A stretch of DNA of 64,000 nucleotides from Camelus dromedarius (GCF_036321535.1 NC_087437.1:105836001-105900000), one strand, 5' to 3'. Positions 10,601-24,769 are shown, counted from the first letter of the stretch. Numbers and translations: made by a program. Notes: generated from the letters alone by a model not told the origin.

Positions 10601-12560
10601 AAAGTGTTCATGAGGTAGAATTCTGAGGAAGAATAAGATGGATATAGCAATTGTCTACGGCCAGTATTAGCAGGAAAAGGAGATAATTAAGCAGTTAGTA
10701 CTATTTACCCAGCACTGCTGGGTGGTGAACGATGGGGCATGATTACTCTGCTAAACTCCAACAAGAAAACACGAATAGCTTCTATTCTGGCATAAACTTT
10801 GTATTACTTTCTGGTTGGTTAGTCAAATGCCCTACATCTCTTTTCTTAACATCTTATTGAACACATTGTGTTTTTCACATTTAATAGTGTCAAGACTTTT
10901 CACAGTAGGGTTTACATTTGATTTCGCCACACAATAGACAATTCCTAAGGCAACCTCTAATTCCAATCCATTAGGCTAATGGATTGCAGCTGCTGTGAGC
11001 AGTGGGCGTGTCATCTTTTGAAAATGAAGTCTAGTAATACACAAACTATAAAAATAAATAAACTGAGAAAAAGACTACATCTAGCTGAGATAGAGAGTTA
11101 TTTTCTTTGTTTCTCTATATAAGCCTAGTAAATAGGCAGAGTTAACAGAACTTTTAGAAATATATATGAATACATAAGGATAATGGCATTATAAAATATT
11201 GAAAAAAGTTACAAGAGTGTTAGATTTCTGGAGGGAAGTCTTGGTTAATCGATACACTTTATTTCCTTTCTTTCAATTTCTATTTTAAAAAACTCATTAT
11301 TATTGCATGCTTTCACTTATTTATTACACCATTTATCATTATAGATTTTTTTTCAAGGGGTATTAATCGACTATATTCTTGAGGCTTTCTTAGTATAAGA
11401 AATTGTTTATGGGGAAAGCAGACCTGCCATGAAAGAAAGTGAAGCGTCACCGAAGGGAGTTGGTATTTTTAATTTCTCTGAGTCATTTCTGTGAATTGTG
11501 GAAAAGCAAATATGTCCTCTTAAATCAATTTCATGGAGTTAAAAAGGAAATTTTATGTTCTCATAACACACCTGGCTTCTCTGCTCAGAACACTGAAAGT
11601 CTCTCCCTTGGGAGAAGACTGAGAAGGAAATGTGAAACACAAAACCCACATGGTCTAGCTTAATAATGAACAATTCCATTATTTTTGCTTTATTCTTGTC
11701 ATCTGCATTAGAACATGAACTCCTTCAAATAAATACAGATAAATGCACCATATACTGAATCACCATCTCTAATAGGCTTAGAACAAGACTTTCATGTGAA
11801 CACAAATCACGTAAATCTGAACTTAAACTACACCATTCCAAGTACTTCACCTGGTTTTCAGTGAGCCTAGTTTTCATTTCTCACATTTTCTTCCTCTATG
11901 TGAATTTCCCCTCCCTCTTTTCTCTTTTCAGTTAGCACGTTTTTTGTAAACTTAAACTCAAGGGTCCAGGGACTGGTGCAGAGTATGGAATCAATTGGTA
12001 AATTAACTTTAAATTTTACTTCTGGATTATCTTTTTGAGGCATATCAAAGTCTACCCAGCCTATAATAAGCTCTTTTTTAAAGAGTGCTTGTAAGATACA
12101 GACTACAACACTCAGCAGAGATCCGATCCACCCATTTTAACACCCTGGATGAAAAGTTACAGATCTATATTATGTACAGCCACATGCATTCCCACTTTAA
12201 TTGAAAAAAACAGGTGCCTGAGAAAAAAAGCTAGAATTTAAGATGCTTTTACATTTCTAAAAACTTTTGCAATTTCCTTTATTAACACTCTTCCCAAACA
12301 TTTAAAATGTGCTGTGCCAATTAAGGGACCCACAGAGGTAAGACTTTTCAATGTGAAATATTTTGTGTACATAAATTTTTTACTTAACATTATGTTCTAA
12401 GAGAAATTTGTGATCAAAAGATAGCATCTGACTCAAAAATAAACACTTTTAAAGTTAAAGTTTTTTTAACCTCACAGCCTGTGGCTGTAACAATTTATGT
12501 GAAACTCTTAAAACAATCTGGTCTTCTCCAAACATATCCATCCATTACACTGAGGGAGGA

Positions 12561-12576
12561 CAGCACCTTCTAGTGG
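12561..12576 (-). promoter_or_regulatory. candidate CTCF site
   Basis: Minus strand CCACTAGAAGGTGCTG has 2 mismatches to the core CCASYAGRKGGCRSY. Confidence 0.35.
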
Positions 12577-12999
12577 AATCTATAAATAAATGTCTTTCTC
12601 AGGCATGTAGCTTAGATAATGTAACATTCCAAAATGCCTTTGTTCCCCAATGCTCTGCCAATAAGATGCTCCCTGCTGTTAAAAGTTTTCATGCTTCCCC
12701 ACCTCTTTTCATAACTTATCAGGCAGACTTGGCATGAAGGTGACAACTTAAGTTAAAAATCTGTCAAAACAAAGAATAGCTAACAGGCATCTCTAAGGCT
12801 GATGTAAAAATGGAACACATGCCAACTGGAAGGAAATGTACACTATATAGATGCTTGTTCAGGAAATAGGTACATCTGTGCTTGCTGAATTGAACACGTA
12901 TTTCTCTGCAACAGTTCAGTTGCCAGATATAGGGCAAGGTACTTTGGATCCAGAGGTGAAGACACAGGACCTGCCCTAAAGGACATAAGGACAGGCATA

Positions 13000-13255
13000 G
13001 CTACCATTATTGTGTTCTCCACATCCCCATCATTCTTCCAAATACTTTCATGTATTAACTAATACTAACTTAATCTTCATGACGAAACTAGGCAATAGGT
13101 AGGTTTTTATATGCATCTTATAGATGAGAAAACCGCGGTACAGAAAGTTAAAGGAATGTGCCCCACGTCACACAGATACTAACAATGAAGCTAGGTTTCA
13201 ACCCAAGACAGTCCAATCTAAAGTCTCCACTTCATCTGCTTCCCCATGCTGCCTC
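13000..13255 (-). mobile_element. MIR SINE, near full length
   Basis: ATAGATGAGAAAACCGCGGTACAGAAAGTTAAAGGAATGTGCCCCACGTCACACAG...GCTAGGTTTCAACCCAAGACAGTC is the antisense MIR core. Confidence 0.8.
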
Positions 13256-14254
13256 TTTCACAATGTTGTTAAAGAGACATGCATCTAAATGTGCAATTTC
13301 AATATGGTGATACAAGGGTTTCCATTGTGAAAAAGAAAATTTGTAGTTTGGGTGCAGATGAGTGAACACAGAATGGAGTGCTCTGAGAAAGTCCTCTTGT
13401 AGATAGGGATGCTTGAGCAAAGGCTTGAAGAAGATGGGATTCATTCATTCACAGGTGGACCACGAGAGCACAGTCATCCCAGGCAAACAGAAGAGTATCT
13501 GCCATCGTGTTGAATATTTTGTACACCCCAACATGCCCTAAATGAACTGAACTTGAGATTTCATTCATTTCAGAAAAAGTAGTAACAGGATGTTTTTAAG
13601 CATCATCATCACTGTTTATTCTGCACTGAGCTGAATGATGAATTATTCCTCAAGTATTAGAGTGACAATTGAAATTTGTCTCTCAGTAACTTTCATAACC
13701 AGGAATCCCCCAAAATCAAAGAACAAAATTATAACCAAGGAAAAAGCCTTCTATTTGGCTGTGCACGCCTGTGTGTGTCGGATTTCTGGGCATCATCTTG
13801 TCATAAGTATTGGCTCTCCTCAGGCACAAACTACACCCACCCAAGCCAGGAAGGGCCAGGTTGGCAAAGCAGAAGGTGTTCCTCTCTGTTAATAAGCAGA
13901 AACTAAAATTATTCAGCTCTGCTCGCTGCTCGTGTCCTGTCCTCCGAGTAAATACCTAAGAACAGAACTGCAGTTGAACACAGTCACTTCTCTAAGAGCT
14001 AGCCCTCGCCTAGCGTGGATCCTACATTAATTCTCTGCCAAATTAAGATGCTAGACGTCTTACCTAGTTCTTTCTGGCACATACCTCTGAAGCTCGATCC
14101 CTTAAAGATCAAGTAAAAGAAAACTCAGATATGAACATCATCAGACAATACAGAATCTAAGCAATTATGTGCTTGCTGCAGGTATACAGGCGTACTGATG
14201 TAATCCATTTCTAAAGCAACTTGATGCCCTGTTAAACTTGAAAGTGTGCATAGT

Positions 14255-14875
14255 TTATCCAGTTACTTCACTTAGAGCTGTAAAGCCTACGGAAGTTTTC
14301 AAGAGCTTGGGCATAAGAACACCTTCACAAAGAATTTTATCATAGCATTGTGATAAAATAATCAAAAAGCCCATTAATATAGGAATGGATGAATAAAATG
14401 TGGTACATTTATGTGATGAAATAATGTACATTTTACATAAAACAGAGAAAAATAAAACAAATCTATATGCGTTGACATAGACAGATATCTTAGTTATGCT
14501 GAGCAAAAAGTCTGCCCTCAGGCTGAGAGCATTTATGTAAATTAAAAAGCAAAGCTAACTACTGTTTATGGACATATAGGTCTTATATACACATATGTGT
14601 CTTAAATCTATCTTATATATACATATCTATCTTAAATTTTCTTATAATTGGGTGAAATATGAGGATGGATACCAAACTCGAAATAATGTTTCCTTCTGGG
14701 GAAGGAGAGGAAAATTACACTGGGACGGAAACAAAGAAAACTTAACATGTTATCTATAATATTTTATTTCATATTAAAGTATTCTAAAGCAAATGTTACC
14801 ACGTATGGACACTGATTGTGATGAGTTCACGGGTATGAAGTATCTCATATAACTGTCTTTCTCTTTAAAATTAAA
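14255..14875 (+). mobile_element. L1ME-type LINE-1 3' remnant
   Basis: GAATGGATGAATAAAATGTGGTACATTTAT...CTATATGCGTTGACATAGACAGAT; contains an imperfect 30-bp tandem duplication at 14581-14640. Confidence 0.7.
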
Positions 14876-15809
14876 AAGGAGAGCAGCTCAGCCTAGTTTG
14901 AGGATAATGTTGGAGCTCTGGAGAGGAAGGCTTGTGTCACTGCTGTCCTCAGTGTCATCTTGCCATTTTTATTCCTTTGGTACTCACATTCAACTGTCCT
15001 GTATTTATCATTAATTCTGCATTGACTGGCCCAATGCTTCTCTTTGTTGTTGTCTTTTTTTTTTTTTTTTAATAGCACCTGAAAGCATTCTGAATGGACA
15101 CAAATATAAACAATTAGCCAGGAAAAAAATGAGGTTGTTTCGTTTGCTTTTTAATCTCCTTAAATGCTGCCCTTAGCCTTAGCCTGAAGGTTGATTTTTC
15201 ATCAATCAATCTCTTTAGGATAACTGCCCTATGTGCTTTCCACCCAATAAATTTCCCTCACTCTAAAACATTGAACCCTACTTTATTTTGAAATAACTCA
15301 ACTAAAACAACATGGTAAAAAGGCTCTAGTTGAGTAGTCACGGCTTAATTCTTGGTGGTTAACCCTACAGAACCCAGGTATAGCGGATTTGTACTTACTG
15401 ACTCTGAGTGAAGCATAGAGAATAGATGAAATAAAAAGAAGACAAAAAGGGAAGAAAAACTCAATCATTTAATGCTGACTTTTTCAATTTCCTATTTGGT
15501 GGTCTACTTTAGACCCTGAATAAGCTAGATCTCCCTAGATGGTGATACTCGCAGTCCCTATTGCAGAATAAGCCAGCAGCAGCTTGAAGATCAGAGGAGT
15601 AAGCACATTAAGGCCTGAGCAGAGCTGGCTTTGGACATTCCAAAATCATTGCATAGATCTACTCATCCGTACGCATGTTCATATTGCTCCATGGGATAAT
15701 ATATCATTAACTCAGTTTGAGTTCTGGAAAATAAATTCCACCAACTTCAATGTTTAGCAGATTTCCCTAAATTGTCCCCAGAGTTAGCACTTTTATAATT
15801 TCACTTACT

Positions 15810-15965
15810 TCCAAAATAATAACATATAGTGAGAAAGGCAGGTATGATTATTACTGTACCCACTTTATGTTTGAGGAAACCAATGCTAATAAAATTAGGT
15901 GATTTTGCAACGTACATATATCTGATAGGCAACCCTATGGATTCGGTTTAAGACTTCTTCTTCTT
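15810..15965 (-). mobile_element. MIR SINE remnant
   Basis: TATTACTGTACCCACTTTATGTTTGAGGAAACC...TTAGGTGATTTTGC. Confidence 0.6.
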
Positions 15966-18900
15966 CCAGTTTGCTATGATGAGCTTGTTGGGGAATCAGT
16001 ATTTCAAAGAATGGTAGCATTAACAGCAGTAGTAGTGTTAGCTGTTGTAGGAGTCTTGTTATCCATTTATCTGAAACATGACTATAAAGCGAATGTGACG
16101 AATACTCCATCTGAGGACATCCCCCAGCTCTTTTGTGTCCCACAGATACAATGCTGCAGAAAACAGCCAACCACCATCATTGTTCCTTGGCTGCCTTCTC
16201 CAGGAAGTATCACATAAATAAGGCATTTATTTTGACCATAGTATCGGGTAGTTTATTATTTTGTGGCTGAAAGATAGACTGCTGAAAAGGACATTCAAAA
16301 TGGTAATTGTGACCTTTACTAAGAGAGCAATGGTCTTATAAAGAAGCCAGGTGGTGGCTTTTTACCATTCAGACAGATGACAGACCTACAGTGAAGTTAT
16401 TGTTCTGTCCTGTTAAAAAAAATCAGCTAAAGTGATCTATGCTCATTTTTCTGCCTGATTTGTGCTTTGTGTACAATTAAGTATTAAAAGACTGTTTGTC
16501 CATTGGGTAAAATTTGGTACTGTGTGTATTGATTTCCTTTGAAGTCACTGCAGTTGTCCAAGCCATTCCAAGTTTTTATAGCACAGTAATGTCCATTTAA
16601 AGTGACCAAAAGGGAGTGAGGATCCCAGGCAAATATAGTTTTAAAAGTTTATACCAACAGCATAATAAACTTTTCCTTTAGCAGAGTTCTCTAAAATTGC
16701 CCTTCTATGTATACACTGCAGGCACCCTAAGTGCTGTAACAGTGATATTAATTTCCCTAGGACATTCAGCCTGTTTTCCTGGACTTTTATTGTTGACCAT
16801 GTTGCTAAATATTCAGTTGTAGGAGTCTTCGCATGAGATCATCCAATTTTACTATTTGAAGTGGCTCATTACAACCTCTTTTGTTCGCTTTTGCCTGTGT
16901 ACCCTGCAGTTATAGTCTGAGAAAAGACAGATAAATGGATGCAATCGCGATTCATGGCTCACATATTTTAATTATTTGGATTGTAAGTTACAGCTGCTCA
17001 TACCAATTGACAGAAATAGACAAGCTCAGTGCTCCTAAAGGAAACTCAAATGTCAAGAGGAATTCAAAACTCGTACTTTCACTAATTCCACAATGAGCAG
17101 GTCTCTTTCCAATTCTGAGCTTCTAAACCCGAGTAAATGCTGCATCTCCCTGATTCCTCCCAGCCTGGGGGTGAGCCATGGTGGTAGAGGTCCTGGAAAG
17201 AGGTTGGCACGTGGTCATGAACAGCCTGTGTGGGGGACAGTATAATCCCAGTTCATTTGGCAGAAGGGAGTGCGAGTGATACTGTGGCCAAATGTCCTTT
17301 TAAGGGGCCATGATCATCTTAGAGTATCTTGAGCTTTTCCTGCTTATCTCAGAAGAAACTTAGATTTCTAGGAGTATTAGAAAATATTTCTTTTTAACAT
17401 TTCTTAGCACTGATCTCTTTTTCCCCTCTGAGATTTTAATATCTAGCTACATTCGTTTGATTAAGAGACCCTGGTTCCATCTCTTGTTTCTCCTAAGGGA
17501 ATGGCCAGTACATTATTTTTTCATTAAGTGGCCACTATGTAGATTTGCTTCACTCATGCACAAAAAGTATAATTCAGGTTAAAGTTTTTCCTCTGTATCC
17601 ACCTCCCGCCCCATTTCCTATCTCTTTAACATTTATTTTATCCACTGGGGAAAGGATTAAGATCAGCTATAACCTGATGGAATGTCTCTATTACCACTCT
17701 ACTATCAGAGTTCACTCAAATTTAAATTATTAAACCTTCAAATTAGGATCCCCTGTTCTATCCTCAGCTGCATTTTAAATATTCAAAACTATCTTTCATA
17801 AGTTAAATTTTTTCATGAAATGAACACAGGATTCTGCCTCAACCGTGCTTTATTCTTAATTAAATTCATGTTTGGGTGATAAAAGAAAGCAAAGTGAGTC
17901 TTACATTGTGCTCTGTTTATCCTGTTTTATCTTACTACTAAATTCACCCTGCCTCACTTCGCCAGAGGTTAACATACTGCTCTTTCAAGGAGATTCATAA
18001 TGAAATTCTAGAACATCCCGATTAGTAATGAGGTTGTGGTTAAGATTCAAAAACAGTATTCCCATAGGGGAAGTCTGTCTTCATTTTAAAAACGGAGCAC
18101 TATGAGACAAGATAGGCACACGTCTTTGAAAAAATACCTGTCAAAGCTTTTCTGGCAGAACCTTCCCCTGCTGTGTCTTTACTGAGCCTTTCAAGCATCA
18201 TATCCATGTCTGATGTATTTGCAGGTATTAACGAGAAAGCACATGCTGTCCAAAGGAGTCAAGTATTTTTAGGAAGTCTTGAGCTAATCAATTCACCAGA
18301 TAGAGGCATCGCATTTCCAAAACAGCTTAATATGAGATGGAATATACTAGAAAGTAGTACTGAAATATGTGTGCACACACACAAAAAGTTTATTAGATGT
18401 TTTTAAAATAAGCTTGATGCATGAAATAAGCTTTTATAAAAGAGCACCATTTGTGTAAACTAACAAAACACTTGCTTTCAAAGCAAGATGCTAGAATCTG
18501 CTTTAAACCTACACACAGTATATTTAGTCAGATGATAATCTATTTAGAAGGTTTGGTTCTTGAACCTATTTGTGACTATAAAGGCAGGATGTTTTTAAGA
18601 TGCCCTCAAAAAAGGAAAGAAAATAAATACCCAAACCATTTTTAAAGATGTCAAATTATAGGTAAATGTGGTGAATTCTGTGCAAAGTTAACTAATGAAC
18701 TGCATTGTGCTTGCAAAAAATTTCCAATATCAATCAAATTTAATACCATTCACTTTCCCCCTAAGTAAACATTCCCACTGGGATAGTATCAGGACCTCAA
18801 TCTATCTCTCTGTTCTGATGCATAAACGAGGGAGGGAATTCCACTGAAGGGAGTAATCACACCCCAGCGCCCTCTAAAGGACCGATTGTCAAGACTTCTG

Positions 18901-19009
18901 AAATAACTCAAAAACTTACATTGTTGCTTCTTTTTGAAAAGCTCAATAGCTGAATTTTAAGCCTTCCCTCTATCCCTAGCAGAGCTGAGGAATTTGTAAC
19001 TATGGCAAA

Positions 19010-19100
19010 TTTGATTCAACAAACATTTAGATACCAGCTTGGTACTATGGGGACACTAAGATGACAAGACGCAAAGTAGCTCACCAGCTAGGATTGGAGA
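19010..19100 (-). mobile_element. L2 LINE 3' fragment
   Basis: GATTCAACAAACATTTAGATACCAGC...GGGGACACTAAGATGACAAGAC. Confidence 0.5.
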
Positions 19101-19139
19101 AAGACTCATTTGTATGTAGCTGAGACACAGAACAGGAAT

Positions 19140-19275
19140 CAGACCATAGTTGTTAAAAGTATCAACTCTTGAGTCATATCTAGGGTTCGACTTTGGTCTC
19201 ATAACTGCCGGAGTTTCTCATGACTGCCAAACTTTGCATAAATTACTGTTCTAGGCTTCAGTTCCCTTTTCTGTC
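19140..19275 (+). mobile_element. MIR SINE remnant
   Basis: CATAGTTGTTAAAAGTATCAACTCTTGAGTCATATCTAGGGTTCGA...GCTTCAGTTCCCTTTTCTGT. Confidence 0.5.
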
Positions 19276-20539
19276 CATGTGAGAAACTGCAAACTGCATG
19301 TAAAGCAGTTACTGTCATCCATGAAACAAGTAACAAATGGAGGAAGATAGAAGCTATTCTCAAGTGATGGGGAGGTACACTCAGAATGAAAGGGTCTAGT
19401 GCAAAAGGAAAGCCATTTGCCTTTCCCAACTCTCACTCTTATTTCAAACCAGATTCAAACTCCAGAGTCATCTCCAAACTAAAAACTTCCAGCAAAATAA
19501 GTTTATAACTTATAAATTGTTGTCAGCATCACCACACTGAAAAATTTTCCCTTGACGAAGGTCATCCCCTGGAGAGAGGCTTTCTATTTTGGGAGCTGCA
19601 TTTATTAGATTCTGCTATCAGGAATCCCTCCCCTCCAAACATCTAAATTACATCAGCTATAATCTGATTATCCTGAATTTACTTCCATGGCACCAAAACC
19701 CATGTTCCATCATTGGGGCTTGTATCACTGCCATGACAAATACCTTTGAAAATAATAATAATGTTCCTCTGGACTTAGCAACTCTGTTCTAACAGCTTTT
19801 GGTTAATGACCCAACAGGAAATTCATTCATTTTAAATACATCCATAAAAATACATTAACCACCTTGGCAAATCTTTCAAATAATTGGCCCTTATTTTGAA
19901 AGCACAACACACAGGGGAAAATTTAGTGTCATTTAACCTCTATGAACAACCCTGAGAATATCTTGAGTCTGTCTTCCATAACATCTAATTTTATTGAGAT
20001 TTATGTAAAACCTAAGCAATGTATAACAAATCCTGGGACAACTCATTAAATATTGTCCTCTACTCTCCTGGTCAATGTTAAGGAACACACAAAATTTGCG
20101 AGTGTTAAGAATCCAATTAGGATAATGCAAGACTAATGAATTTATTATATGTTTTTAAAATCATCTTCAAAACCTCTTTCTCCAGACTGGCATTATCCTT
20201 TTCATGTCACACAATATAGACCGAAGGTCTTAGAAGCAGTCAGTGACAGACCTAGAACCCAGGACGATTCCAATTCTTTCAGTCTTTGCACTCCTTCTTG
20301 ATCTTTCTCAGAGTCAGGAAAAAGTAGGAAATTTAAGAAAAGTTTAAGATTCACAGAAAGAGGAAAAAGCCTCAGCACCCAACCTCACCTCACCTTCAAC
20401 TTACACTCATTCAGTGCCCTCTCATCTAACACTTATATATGCCCACCCCCATAATGTGAGGGAAAAAAAAAAAAAACAAAAAACAAAAAACATTGCCCTT
20501 GCAACTACTATAGTAACCATAGCCATCATTGTTTGTATA

Positions 20540-21030
20540 CATGGGAGCCAAAAATGTACTTCTAATAAATTCAGCGAATTGCAGAATAATATGTACTGTA
20601 TGATCTCAATTTTGAAAAAAATAAAAAGTTTGTGCGTATTTGTGCACATGTGGGAAAAGTATTTAAAGGATTTTTAACTGTAGTTTCCACAGAGGAATGA
20701 AATTTGGGATTTGGGGAGATCTTAATTTTTTATTTTCTACAATTCAAGCATAAGCTGATTTTCAAGGAATACATATCACTTTTTTGTAATAAAAGGAAAT
20801 TCATTGAAAATAATAGTGTAAAAATCAGGATAGTGGCCACTTTGGGGGGCATGAGAGACCAGAGTAATATTTGAGAAAGGTCATGAGGAGATCCTGTGTG
20901 GGTGAGGCCAATATTTTATTTTTTGATGAGTAGCAGTTACCTGGTTACCACCCTATAATATTTCTTTGTATTTCACGCCTTTCTTTTGTACCATTTTGGT
21001 ATATTTGATTTTACTATAAAACTACTTAAA
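20540..21030 (+). mobile_element. L1ME-type 3' UTR remnants (probably two pieces)
   Basis: TTGCAGAATAATATGTACTGTATGATCTCAATTTTG and AAATCAGGATAGTGGCCACTTTGGGGGG...AATATTTTATTTTTTGAT. Confidence 0.6.
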
Positions 21031-21549
21031 AAGAAGTCATCAAAACTAATTACTGACATAACCAGGTAAATTATAATTCTTGATTTTACCTTTATCCCCC
21101 AGTGTAATTATTAATACTTCTGCATTGCACCGTCAAAAATATCCCAGTTTGGACAATAAATTACAAAGTCCTCTACAAATAATCTACTAGCATTGTGGTA
21201 TTTTTAAAGTTGAAAAAACTCTTGGAAGTCAGCTTGAGTCCACTCGTTCCCAAAATGGCACCCAGAGAGCATTTTTTAATATGTGGTAAGGTTTTTGATT
21301 TGCCCCAATGCCTGGAAGAACTACTATTTAACCAAGGTGCTTGTCTTTCTACGACGTGTGGCACAGAAATGCACAATGAAGAATGATCTCACTCTAGTAT
21401 TAAAGATGAAAAACCTGAGATCCCAAGTGTTAAGTCAATGCTCTTAAGAGCAGGTTCTCAGTAAGTAGCAGATCCCATGACTAAAACCTAGGATTCTTTC
21501 CCCACCTATCAATCTTCTTATATAGCCGACAAAAAGGCTGCTCTTTCCA

Positions 21550-21668
21550 GCTTCTTTCCTTCTTCCTTCCTTCCTTCTTTCCTTCCGTCCATCTGTCCTT
21601 CCTTCTTCTGTCCATCCTTCCTTCCTTCCATCCTTCCCTTTTCTCTTCATTCTTTTCTTCCTTTCTCA
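21550..21668. repeat. degenerate (CCTT)n polypyrimidine tract
   Basis: Read directly; source of the K/E/G/R-rich antisense ORFs. Confidence 0.9.
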
Positions 21669-22388
21669 CTTGACTTTACATTTTCTTTACCTACAAAACA
21701 CTGACAATGCCATTCAATTCTTACTTATAGATGGCAGAAAATCCAATTTGGTATTAGAAAGCAGAGAACAGCTTATTATCCAACATATTAAGGGATTTGG
21801 TGGGGTGGGGGGGGATGTAAATCACTCTGAAAGACAAATTACAAATTAAAGACATAAAATCTCACCTCTTCTAACCTTTCCCTTCCCCCTCTTCAAGTTT
21901 TCCTCCCTCACCACCCTGCCAAGTTCAATTGCTTATTGCCAGAATACATGGTACAACATCTGTGGTGGCTTCCACTGAGATTTACCTATCTATGTGTTTA
22001 TTAAAATAGCAACTGATTTGGCTCAATAAAATGTTTCTTATCCTAATAAAGCTCTTCAGAGTTTTGCAAATTTGCATTTAATACTCTTTAGTGTCATGAC
22101 AGCATTAATCATCTGTGCCTAAAGAGCAATTTTTTAAAAACAATGCACTTTCTATTTAATGGAAGTAGTTTCATAACCTTCCATTTTCATGTGACTAGGC
22201 TCTTAATTTACCTTAAATGGAGACACTGACTTAGGCTGAATGAATCTGAGACTTCTTATAAGCTTATAGGCTAGTGGCCTTCCCTGGACTTCCCAGTCGT
22301 GAAATGTAACATACGTATGTTGGCTCACACCTATAGAATGAGCCTTCAGCACTTCCTTAAGAATAAATGCTTTAATTTGCTTGAAGTC

Positions 22389-22434
22389 TTCTCATTACTA
22401 ATGGGACTGAGTTCTCATTACTAATGGGACTGAG
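22389..22434. repeat. perfect 23-bp tandem duplication
   Basis: TTCTCATTACTAATGGGACTGAG twice. Confidence 0.95.
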
Positions 22435-24769
22435 GTGGAAAGAGAGAAAAGAGAAGTGGTGGTGGGACAGTAAATGCAGTAAGTTGGCACAAAGCAGATA
22501 GTGGGTGCCAAATGTGGAAAGATCTTTCAGCTGAGATGCTGAGATCCATGGGAAACCCAGATTCACTGATGCGGATCCATTGCTGAAAATTATGCTCAGA
22601 TGAATTGTGGAAGGAAATGAACATGTATCATGATGACTTTCTGGTCCCCTTCTTCTCACTCCTTTTTTCTCTCTAGCTGCTCTTAGATTCTCTCTCTCTT
22701 TCTCTCTCTCTCGTGTCTCATGCTCTTGTTTTTATTTGGACAGGAACAAATGAAAAGAAGAGAAAAGTGGAAAGTGGTTTTAAACTCAGATTTCAGATAA
22801 CCACTAAAAACAACAGTATGGAAGGCATTGCACAGTCAGCAGACTATCTGAGAATAAGCTGATAAACAAGAGACTAGGGGGTAGAATCCAGGAAACTCAC
22901 AGGTGACAAAGTTAATTTTTTTTCATCAAGTTATAGTCAAAAATCAAATCCAGAAACATCTTGTATTTTTTTCTAGCATCTGAACATAATCTGATGGGAG
23001 AATAATTTTTTAAGTTTTTCATCTAGTTTAAGAGTCCATTAAGATGAAATTGATAAGGGAAAGATGGAAGAGTGTGGGGAACAGAAAAAGAGGAACACCA
23101 TCCAACTCATTCTCTGGAGCTATTGTAAGTTTGACACCAAGTCTAGACAAGACCTATAACAGAAGGAATCAGAGAGGAACCTCATGTAGATTAGACAAAG
23201 GCAGAGAGGGCTTGCAAATCAGTAAGAAAAAAATAAACTATGTTTCAGTAATGTTTCTGGCTCTTCATACAAACAAAGATAAAATTAAATTCCCAAATCC
23301 CACAGATAAGAACATATATAAGGAATGACCTTTTTAGAATGTTTTCTTTGGAGATTTACAAATGCTGTATGAATGTTATTTTTACCCAATAAGCTGGCTT
23401 TCACATCATTTTCTTACATTTTAAATATCAGGAAAGCACAGAGAAAATTATCATTTGAAGTAAGAAAGAACATAAGTCTATGGTATAATCAGTGATGTGT
23501 TTCTTTTTAAAGTGGCTATAAGAAAGTCTATGGTATCTAATTTGCCCATATATCCGTTTCAGAACATTTGTTTTCTTTGCCCGATCTCTTATCACTTATT
23601 TTAAAGAAGTAATCATTTTTTGAATAAATTTTTTTGAAAAAAATGCTGGTAGGTCTGATTTTTAATTACCCATTAATACAGAATAATTCATTTCTTATAA
23701 AGAAGAAAACTGTAAACATTCACTCTGATGAACAACTTCATCTCAGGTTCTTAATCCATTTCTGCACACTGAATACTAGCATTGTCCCTCAGAGCAGAAA
23801 AATAATAATTTCCACTGAAACAAAGTTACCTCAGTTTGGACGAATATGTTTTTCCAGAAAGCAAGGCAACCGCAGTTCCCTAATTAACTACAAAATGACC
23901 ATGAAAGTTACATTTTAAAAAAAAGAAGAAGAATGTAGAAGTTTAGCTTTTTATTTCCATTTCTGCACTAGCTCTGTTCTTTGAAATTTCAAGGCTTGCT
24001 TGTATATGTATTTTACAAAAAAATGGAAATAATACCAACCTACTTCACAGAACCTAATAATAAATATGTGAGTAAAATAGTACATAAAACATGTGAAAAT
24101 GTGGAAATAGGTGGATGCATGTATGGTTACATATAAGCATAAGAAGATCAGAAAATGCATGAATGACCTTCATCTACACTGAATTACCTCACCTGTGATG
24201 GAAATAAGATGAAGATTAAGGGTCATACAAAATCCAAACCAAAGTCTGAACTTGAGCTTTTTTTTTTGCACACACTTACGTGAGGAGAGCCTGTTGTGTG
24301 GCTGGGACACAGCAATGGGCTACAAAAGAGAATTCATTGCTGTTAACTCATTGCTGTAATTCCATGTGATCAATACATTCAATATGGGAGCAGAGATGGG
24401 AGTTAAACTTAGAAAAAAGATTGTGTTTGATCTCTTCAGGGGAAGTGACTGAAACAGATAGGCAGGGTGTCCTGGCCCAGCCAAGCAGACCAGAGTCCAG
24501 GGTTAGGAGTCTAGTCTTAGCGGAGAACCACACAGGAATACAATGGAATTCTAAGCAGAAGACATGTAGAAGTTAAGTAAGGTGGCCTTTACCAACAAAA
24601 TGAAGATTCAAATTTATCGAACTTGAAGGTTTCCTTGGCTCTTAGAAGCAAAGATAATCACATCTATGGCAGGAGAATTAAATTAAGATTTACTTGCAAT
24701 CTTGGCTTTTGAGCTGGTGGTCTGACTAGGAGAATCATTTATAAGGTTTGTGTTCCAAGATAACTAAAC

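Noticed and set aside
21444..21669. K/E/G/R-rich ORFs
   Set aside because: Translation of the (CCTT)n repeat.
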